In this document: piece after piece, positions 54,176-64,000 of the stretch
Layout: the number at the start of each line of letters is the position of its first letter
Numbering within the stretch: position 1 is the first letter of the stretch
From: Octopus vulgaris
Lineage: Eukaryota
Length of the DNA stretch: 64,000 nucleotides
Assembly: GCA_951406725.2 (NCBI GenBank)
Contig: OX597831.1
Span: forward strand, 9,114,001 to 9,178,000
Direction: 5' to 3'
The notes under the pieces: model-generated
What the model was told of the DNA's origin: nothing
What the model saw: the letters and a program-made list of their open reading frames with translations, nothing else
The model's database searches: none
Program-made: the position numbers and the translations under genes

Positions 54176-54521
54176 ATAAAACTTACTTGTCCTGTTTGTG
54201 TTATCAATTTTGATCCTCCGCAAAATCCCAAATTTTAATTAATTTGCTTTGCGGGAGCAACTGTTTTTATCAAAAACGTATATTGTTGTTAAATGCTCGA
54301 AATACGAGGGTAGATAAACCGCCAACAACTGACGAAGGGTCGTTCTTTATGTTGTTTGTCTTTTTTTCCATTTGTGTCTTTCTTTGCTCGAAAAAAATAG
54401 TTCATATTCCATGTAATCGTACTTCGTATTTTTTGTTGTACACATTTCGTGACGTCCTGTGCCCACATATGCATATTTATATACGTACAAATGTAAGTAT
54501 GTACATATACGTATCTATATA

Positions 54522-54568
<47 letters not shown>

Positions 54569-54679
54569 GGAAGCTTTATGAAAATATATATTAGTATGGC
54601 GCTCATATATATCTTTAACGTTTCGAGCTATATATATGTATATATATGTATATATATATATGAGAAAATAAAAATACAA

Positions 54680-55036
<357 letters not shown>

Positions 55037-55037
<1 letters not shown>

Positions 55038-55320
55038 GAGGCGCAATGGCCCAGTAGTTAGGGCAGCGAACTCGCGGTCGTAGGATCGCGTTGTGAGTAT
55101 TTATTGAGCGAAAACACCTAAAGCTCCACGAGACCCCGGCAGGGGGTGGTGGCAAACCCTGCTGTACTCTTTCGCCACACCTTTCTCTCACTCTTTTTTC
55201 TGTTGGCCTGCTCCCTTAGCCAGCGGGGTGGCGTCATTTGAAGGCTGAAACAATGCGAAGCGCATTGTGACCAGCGATGTGTAGCAACATCTGATAGCCT
55301 GGTCGGTCACGGTGATCAAA
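55037..55320 (+). mobile_element. SINE family B with third tail type
   Basis: Family B head, internal deletion, tail CATTGTGACCAGCGATGTGTAGCAACATCTGATAGCC. Confidence 0.8.
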
Positions 55321-55372
<52 letters not shown>

Positions 55373-56320
55373 CATATAAACTTAGGCATCTGTGTTTGGT
55401 TAAAAAGTTCGCTTCCCGAGCACGTGGTTTCAAGTTCAGCCCCTCTACATCGCAACTTGAAAAAGGAACATCTACGATAGCCAAGAGCCAATCAGGTTCT
55501 CGTAAGTGGAATCGATAGAGGGGTAATTGAAAGAAATCTGTTGTATCTACACACACACACGTATATACACAAGCGTTGTTTTACCTTTTGGCTGGCGACT
55601 CAGGAATATTTAATATCAAAATTGTTTTTTTTTTTTATAGTTTTATTTTACCCGTGCCAATAATTATACAATCTTTATTTATTCATTCTATTACGTTGGT
55701 TTGTTTTCCCTCAATATCAGTCAAATAAAGGTAGGACTATGTCTGGTGTTGTTTACTATAATCTGCTGCAGAAAGAAAACTAATGTTAATCATCGCATAA
55801 AGAAAGCTTCATCATTTTCCTTGCAACTGGTTTATTTCTAGTTAACTTTTCAAAATTCTTTCAACATTATATACATTACATTATATATAATAACTCTAAC
55901 TTCTCCGTTTAAACGGATGTAGTCTTAAATTTGAAGAGCAGTAAATAACCGGTCATGCAGGTACACCGCATTTAATATCTTCGTTATTAGATTTAATTTT
56001 ATCGCAGAAACATTCAAGTTCAGATTCCGTCGAGGTTAATTTGACTTTTCACCGATAAAACTTGTAGCAATAGTAATTTAGTCGACTGCCATCACGCTCT
56101 CATAGGATATAAAATAATAGTTTGGAATTTTGCCAACAGAAAATGAATCAATGCTGAGTGTGAAAACGATGTAGTAAGAGTGAAATTTGTGTTTACATAA
56201 TTCGTGATTTACTTTCATTCTATGAAAAATCTTAATGAAAGCATTTCCTGACAGCATCTATCTTTGAGGCATATAAGAATTTTGGTAGGAGATGTTATCT
56301 TGTATAACTTTCGTTCTTAT

Positions 56321-56378
<58 letters not shown>

Positions 56379-56677
56379 CTAAGATCCACAAGTATACATA
56401 CGTCGTGCATTTTCAAAAGGATCACACCAACTCTTCTCATGCACAAAACTTCCGAATTCTCTCTGTTAAATTCGGAAAAATAAGACCTGCATTTGGAGAA
56501 GTTTTAGAGATGTGAGAACCGACATATATCTTTTTTCTTTCTTCTTTCCCTTTTACGATCCCTTTTGAACGAAAACCGACACCACTTTATCTTTTTTCTT
56601 TCTTTCCCCAACAAAGAAAAGCTCTACTTTGTAATCTGTCGGTCTCTGTGCAGCCCTGTGTGGCTAATAAAGAAACA

Positions 56678-56762
<85 letters not shown>

Positions 56763-56787
56763 GTATGTCTGTCTATTTCTCCCCATC

Positions 56788-56847
<60 letters not shown>

Positions 56848-56851
56848 GTCC

Positions 56852-56887
56852 CTTTCTGTAGAAGAGCGTAGACTCGAAACGTAAAAG
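56852..56887 (+). ncRNA. Minimal hammerhead-like motif, core variant CUGUAGA
   Basis: CTTT-CTGTAGA-A-GAGC GTAG ACTC-GAAAC-GTA-AAAG; family of 618-653. Confidence 0.55.
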
Positions 56888-56969
56888 ACGTTTTCTATTC
56901 CTGAGCGTTATACTAATACATCTGTTTGTTTTGTACACCACCTGTCTTCGTCTTTTGTTTTTTTCGTAA

Positions 56970-57059
<90 letters not shown>

Positions 57060-57210
57060 GTGAAATAGAAAGATGAATAATCTTGTTGCAGATTAATCAA
57101 AAGTTTAACCGATACCTTGGTAGCAAAAATCACAGCAGAAGAAAGCACGGTTGGAGGTACAACCATATGGTGTTGCAACCGTGCGTTGGTGCGGATAATT
57201 GAATTTTAAT

Positions 57211-57575
57211 ATTATTAGTGAATTGAAGAAATGGAGTTGAACGAAGATTGAACAGAAATCCTTTTATTGCATTCTACACGTGTTTCGAAAGCCACAATTT
57301 ACCAAATTCCGATTGAATAAGGAGACCATATTGTGGCTTTCTCTTTTGGCCATGGGCTCTTAGGAGCCTCCTCGTTCGATTTGTTTTGCTGCGCCTCTGT
57401 TCTGTTTTTGTTTTGCCAACGGAATTCCTATTTCTTCCTGAAGAGAAAGACACAATATGGTCTCCTTATTCAATCGGAATTTGGTAAATTGTGGCTTTCG
57501 AAACACGTGTAGAATGCAATAAAAGGATTTCTGTTCAATCTTCGTTCAACTCCATTTCTTCAATTCACTAATAAT
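57211..57575. repeat. 135-bp inverted repeat (57211-57345 / 57441-57575) in a PLE terminal-repeat element
   Basis: Arms differ at one position that I could find; 95-bp spacer; element 57060-57575 is bounded by (TA)n. Confidence 0.92.
57435..57514 (+). ncRNA. Type I hammerhead ribozyme (canonical core)
   Basis: TTC-CTGAAGA-GAAAGACACAAT(..)ATTGTGGCTTTC-GAAAC ACGT GTA-GAA; cleavage after 57511. Confidence 0.85.
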
Positions 57576-58411
57576 TATATATATATATATATATATATAT
57601 ACATCTGTCCGTCAATATATGTGTGTAATGTGAACAAGACTATGTAAGCAGGCCTCGGTTAAACTCTCCGAATATAAAATACTTATATACAAGAATTTGT
57701 ACTGTCACCTTAGAACTAGTGGAATGTCAGACAGACTGACAAAGAAAAGAGATTTCGTATTAAATAGATACACGTAAAATCAATCAATAAGTATCACTCA
57801 CAGGAAATTATTATTTTTCAATTTCTGAGAAAAAGCTAAAAGAAGTGTTACAATTAGTCGACGGCTTACGAAACCTAAGTGATCGACTCAGTGCTAGAGG
57901 TGGGGCTTTAAGAAGCGCGGGTGACTGAAAAAATAAATGAGGTGCGCAGTTCAGGGACTTGTTACCTCTGCTGGTAACAAAGGGTTCCTCTCAGTATGTG
58001 AAAGGAAAACGGTATGATAACGGTCTAGGAATTGCAATTCCGATTATTAGTGAGATGTAGGCCCTGAAAAAAGAAGAGTAGTGAAGTTGGTAATGACATG
58101 GAATGTGTCTCTACTGCTGAATGCACGAAGGGTGGCGTATGATTAGAGAGACGTCTTGAGCAATATACAAGACAATGACAAGGTGAGATTTTGGGTATTT
58201 AGAAACCAGGGTAAATGTAAATCGGTTAAGCTTTATACTAGATGGAAGGTAAAACTCACAGAAAGGGACCACAGAACAGTGAAACCTTTTGTCTAAAAAC
58301 CATCACGGCAAGACAGTAAAGGGGTCAGCGGAAGTAAAGCGTTACATTGCAATCAGGAAGGGTACATTACATATATATGTATATGTGTGTGTGTACAAAT
58401 GTGTGTATATA

Positions 58412-58459
<48 letters not shown>

Positions 58460-59030
58460 TATATATGTATATATATATCAATCTATAAATTTTATATATA
58501 TATATATATATATGTGTGTATGTGTGTATATATAAATTTATATGATACAAGCATCGAATGTAAAGTTCTTATGATAACATGACATTGTAATATTATCACT
58601 TAATCCTTAGGCACGATTAACACAAGTGCAACACGTCGACGATGTAAATATTGCATTTCTTGAAAATATTTTGCTCCAGCATGGCTGTTGTTCTACGACT
58701 GCAACCATTGAACAGAAAATAATATAGTTTGTCCGACATAAAATTTATGTGCATTTTCACTGAAAAGAACAAAAAACAAAACTTGAATCTTCTAGGTGGT
58801 GCTCCAGCGTGTCCGCAAGCAAATGACTGAAATAAGTAAACGAATAAAAGAATATATACATACACATATATATATAATACATCACTTAATTTAATGTATA
58901 TATAGATATTACTTAATTATATACATATATATATATATATATGAGTATGTGTGCGTGCGCGCGTGTGTGTATATATGTATATATAAACATGTATATATAT
59001 ATATATACTGTATATATATATATATATATA

Positions 59031-59263
59031 TATTTCTTTATTGCCCACAAGGGGCTAAACATAGATGGAACAAACAAGGACAGACAAAGGGATTAAGTCG
59101 ATTACATCGACCCCAGGGCGTAACTGGTACTTTATTGATCGACCCCGAAAGGATGAAAGGCAAAGTCGACCTCGACGGAATTTGAACTCAGAACGTAGCG
59201 ACAGACGAAATACTGCTAAGCATTTCGCCCGGCGTGCTAACGATTCTGCTAGCACGCCGCCTT
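59031..59263 (-). mobile_element. SINE family A
   Basis: Full-length reverse copy between (TA)n tracts. Confidence 0.87.
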
Positions 59264-59287
59264 ATATATGTGTGTTTGTGTGTGTAC

Positions 59288-59419
<132 letters not shown>

Positions 59420-60014
59420 GTAATTAAAGATATTTATCTACCAAATGTCATACAAATTACAGAAATAAAATATATGCTTAGTGTATAATAGATTGTGTCT
59501 TCGATTTCATTCCATCTTCTGTCAGTCTTATACCCAATATATATATTGTATGCACTATCGATTATATCTTCGATCCCGTTCCATATTTAAGACAGCGTTT
59601 GTTTAAACAGTTGCATACTTACATTGGCGGTGGAATAAAAAATATAGTTGTATAGATATGTGAACTACTGTTCGTTTATGCAAATATGCATGTCCCTATA
59701 CATAAATGCAATTACACATAGAAAAGACTCTCTCCCCGACCGCCTTCTCTAACTCTTCCTATCTCTGTTTCTTTCTCTCTCTGTTTCTATGTATGTATGT
59801 ATGTATGTATATATATTTGTATGTATGTATGTATATATATGTATTTATGTATACACATATGTACATATATATATACACACATACACTCGCGCTTATATAT
59901 GTAAATGTATATATATATATATATATATATATACATTATTATGTATGTATATTGCATATAAGTATCTATCTATCTACTTATCTATCTATCTAACCTATCT
60001 ACCTACCTATATAC

Positions 60015-60067
<53 letters not shown>

Positions 60068-60882
60068 CATATAAATATATACATATATATATATATTATA
60101 TATATATAAATACATATATATGTATGACGAATGAAGTGTAGGTATGTATACCTTACGGAAATATAAGCATTCCATTTCAAATGCATACATAATATATCCC
60201 GGGGAACACAATTACAGGCACGTGCAATCACACACACACACATACACACACACATAGCCAAATGCACACATACTCCCCCACACCCACACTCCCACACACA
60301 GACACACACATCGTTTGTGTTTATCCTTCTGCCTGTATGCAAACATACAATATCTCGCAAATTCCTATATTTTCATTTCCATATGCACTTTTTTCACGGA
60401 TCAAATTATATTTGATGTGAGACATAGTCATGATTTATTGTATTTAATCTATGAATGATATTTTATCATCTTTTATTTTATCATCCTGAGGCAGAAATGA
60501 TAACCGATCGCCCGCCCCACGCACCCACCGCCCCGCCCCGATAACGACAACAACAACAAATACGTAAGAGATTACAACAGAATGTGTAAAATATTAACTC
60601 TCCTAATAAATCATTTTATTAAAAACGTGTTTTTATGACGCTGTCATATTTCCTTTACTCCTAAATATATATATTTTGTGCATTAATAAATTTTCAGTTC
60701 AGATCTTCCTGCTAGATGTTAACTTTTTCTACACTTTTCAAAAAAATTGTAATGTACTCTGACAGGATGAACAACACTTCGCAAAATTCCAACACGTTAA
60801 CCTAAACCACGTGCATTTTCCAAGGCTTGCTTCTCGCTTTTCTATTCTCCTTTCCTTTTTCTCTTCCTGGATTTTCTTCTAC

Positions 60883-60915
60883 TCTCTGATGAAAGACTTT
60901 GTCCGAAACGTTATG
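60883..60915 (+). ncRNA. Decayed minimal hammerhead-like motif
   Basis: CTGATGA-AAGAC TTT GTCC-GAAAC-GTT; stem I poor; downstream GAGCGTCA resembles the 618 family. Confidence 0.4.
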
Positions 60916-60975
60916 CTATAAAACATTTCTCTTTCATTGAGCGTCAGCCTAATGGCATTAACTGTGAACTGTAAA

Positions 60976-61210
60976 AGGCGGCGAGCTGGCAGAAACGTTA
61001 GCACGCCGGGCGAAATACGTAGCCCTATTTCGTCTGCCGTTACGTTCTGAGTTCAAATTCCACCGAGGTCGATTTTGCCTTTCATCTTTTCGGGGTCAAT
61101 AAATTAAGTACCAGTTACGCACTGGGTTCAATATAATCGACTTAATCCCTTTGTCTGTCCTTGTTTGTCCTCTGTGTTTAGCCTCTTGTGGGTAGTAAAG
61201 AAATAGGTAT
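60976..61210 (+). mobile_element. SINE family A
   Basis: Full-length. Confidence 0.87.
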
Positions 61211-62327
61211 TAACCGTACACATCCCTTGAACTATTGTATTTTTTAAATTTCTTTTTGTATTTGATTTGCATTCTGAACTACTAGTCTACCATAATGGTG
61301 AAACAAGGAAATTACTGGAACGTCGGACGAACTGACTTCTGTTCTTTTCTCTGGCACTCTGCGGCCTGAGTTATTGGGTCTCACACTTGCACCTTTGTTC
61401 GGTTTAACAACACTGCTTGGACCTTGGGTGAATCTAGTAGGGTCCAGCTAGTTGCAAATGTCAATGTCAGGTCCCCAGTTTTATGGCAGCCACCTCGTCT
61501 TACCCCATCCCGAACTCGTCTCTAGGGCCTTCGCTAAACAAACCGTCATGTGCGTTGCCTTTCTCTCCCCCGACTACCTGGCTAAAAGATATAATTATAA
61601 TACATTACCATATTTCTAGTTTACGTCTTCCTGTTTATTTTCGTTCCTTCTGTGTCTTTCACATTTATAATCGTTGATTTCCTGCGGCTCCTGAGGCCAC
61701 GAATAGATTTTCAAACAACAGCGCTTCTGTTATTTTCTCCTTCATTAACTTTCTCTTTAGATTTTTACTTCTTTCGATCAATTGACGGCAACGATGCTGG
61801 GGTCACAACACAGCCTGTTTTGGTTGAATAAATCGACCCCAGCACTTACTGCTAAAATTTAGTACTTATACTAGCTATCTCTTCTGACGAATGGTTAAGC
61901 TACGGAGACATAAACAAACCAACACCGTGGAGAAACATCGTCGTGGGCCTATGATACACAGGGAGCGAAGAGCTCAAGTGATAAATAAGGCGGTGAGCTG
62001 GTAGAGTCGTTAGCACGTCAGACGCAATGTGTTGCGGTATTTCTTTCGGCGTTTCACTTTCTGAGTCAAAATTCTGTCGAGGCTGACATGAACTTTCGTG
62101 CTTTCGAGAGAGGTAGAATAGATACGCGTTCAATACAGGGGACGAGTTAATCAACTTAGACCCTCTCCACAGAAACTGTTGGCCTTCAGCCAATATTAGT
62201 AACAAATATTAAAAGACATCATTGAATTAAGTGTAATCTAATAAAGCCAGGAAACTATATTAAAGAGCGGTTTATTAAGAATGCAAGAAAATCTAATTAC
62301 TTTAGTTTATTTGAGAAAATGTAATTA

Positions 62328-62383
<56 letters not shown>

Positions 62384-62723
62384 ATTACTAATAATAATAA
62401 CAACGCAATAAATAAAAGTAACCTGATCTTTTAATGGGTTACGGTATGTATATGCACGTGTGTGTAAGTGTGTGTGTGTGTATGATGTGATGTATGCTCG
62501 TATGTATGTACGTATATATGTGTGTATATGTGTGTGAATGTATAGATATATATGAGTGTGCCGATGTATACATATGTATATATATGATTGTATATATGTA
62601 TGTACGTGTATATATATATATATACTCATAAATATATATTCCCACACACAAGCACACACATATGTGTATGTATTTGTATGTAATGTATGTACGTGTATGT
62701 AATGTATGTATGTGTATATACAC

Positions 62724-62806
<83 letters not shown>

Positions 62807-63101
62807 AATAAATATATCACATTTAATAGCTGGATTACCCTTCACTAACATTTCAGAAGAATAATCTTGCAATAAAGTTCGTATATTATTAGCAGAACCC
62901 GTGCACATTCCTCGTATATATTCTATAATATTCTATTTCTGTTTGAATGTATGAATTTATAGACATCCTCATAAGTGTGGCATTCTATACTATTAAATAT
63001 TTCGTTTATATCTTCGATTTCCATCCATACTTATGGCAGATTAATGCCGACAACAGGGACTTGATTACGTCTTCGACCTGTGTGGCTAAGAAGCTTTCAC
63101 T

Positions 63102-63334
63102 AAGGCGGCGAGCTGGCAGAAACGTTAGCACGCCGGGCGAAATGCTTAGCGGTATTTCGTCTGCCGCTACGTTCTGAGTTCAAATTCCGCCGAGGTCGAC
63201 TTTGCCTTTCATCCTTTCGGGGTCGATAAATTAAGTACCAGTTACGCACTGGGGTCGATGTAATCTACTTAATCCCTTTGTCTGTCCTTGTTAGTCCCCT
63301 CTATTTTTAGCCCCTTGTGGGCAATAAAGAAATA
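63102..63334 (+). mobile_element. SINE family A, near consensus, with TSD
   Basis: TAAGAAGCTTTCAC on both sides; interrupts a family C SINE head. Confidence 0.9.
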
Positions 63335-63684
63335 AGAAGCTTTCACAATTCGTGGCTTCAGGTTCAGTTCCACTGCGTGCTACCATAGCAAGAGCCTTCT
63401 TCGCTAAATCTCTTTGCTGATCAATACTTGATGGGTGAATTTCGTTGCCGGTAACTGTGACGCCTGTCGTATATATATATTGGAGTTTGGCTATTCCTTC
63501 TAGCGTGCTAGGTATCCTATGATTGATACCTCTTATGTATTTAAATGTACAATGTATTGATATATATATATATATAGTTAATCAAAACATGAAAACAAAA
63601 AGAGAAAACAAGCAACGCGAGGACGTGGAACAAGTATAGTATTATTGGACGGTCAGGAAAGAAGGAAAAAAGGAAAGAAGGAAG

Positions 63685-63719
63685 GTTTAACGTTTCGAGG
63701 GGAGCTCTTCTTCAGAAAC
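63685..63719 (-). ncRNA. Minimal type I hammerhead (canonical core)
   Basis: Minus: GTTT-CTGAAGA-A-GAG CTCCC CTC-GAAAC-GTT-AAAC; inside a ~230-bp element (63575-63803) between (TA)n tracts. Confidence 0.75.
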
Positions 63720-63800
63720 ATAAGAAATGGAAAGATCCAAAGAAGGGAAGACGGAGGAAAAAAATCGCCAACGGTACACACGCGGTCATATTTTGATTTG

Positions 63801-63839
<39 letters not shown>

Positions 63840-63845
<6 letters not shown>

Positions 63846-64000
63846 AAATCCACTACCAGTAAAAGGGAATGGGAAATCATCAACGAGTTACAAAACAATC
63901 ATGACATCACAATCAAAGAAGTAGATAAATGTAGTAGAGTTGTAATTATGGACACAGAACAATACACAAACTCTGTATCTCACCTCTTACAAGATACTAC
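63840..64000 (+). pseudogene. PLE RT N-terminal DKG-motif region, runs off the window
   Basis: Not in the ORF track: KPKSTTSKREWEIINELQNNHDITIKEVDKCSRVVIMDTEQYTNSVSHLLQDT matches the PLE L..N..I.IK.ADKG..VVIMD...Y..L.D pattern. Confidence 0.75.

Overview
AT-rich, microsatellite-saturated metazoan DNA, most consistent with an octopus/cephalopod genome (inferred from the SINE families and repeat load, not verified). No intact host gene is recognisable, and nearly all ORF-track entries are microsatellite or SINE read-throughs. The window holds retroelement debris: several Penelope-like elements (PLEs; RT and GIY-YIG fragments), CR1-like, RTE-like and R4/Dong-like LINE fragments, mariner relics and >25 tRNA-derived SINE copies. 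The main result is RNA-level: about 16 type I hammerhead ribozyme (HHR) motifs, intact, variant or decayed, read by eye, nearly all with a palindromic stem III. The most striking is a non-coding 491-bp tandem array (8567-10172) with one HHR per monomer on the minus strand, a 15-bp target-site duplication and a twin-priming-type inversion. It looks like a retrozyme-like (circular/multimeric RNA) retroelement caught as a single insertion. All structures were folded by hand; none has been tested.
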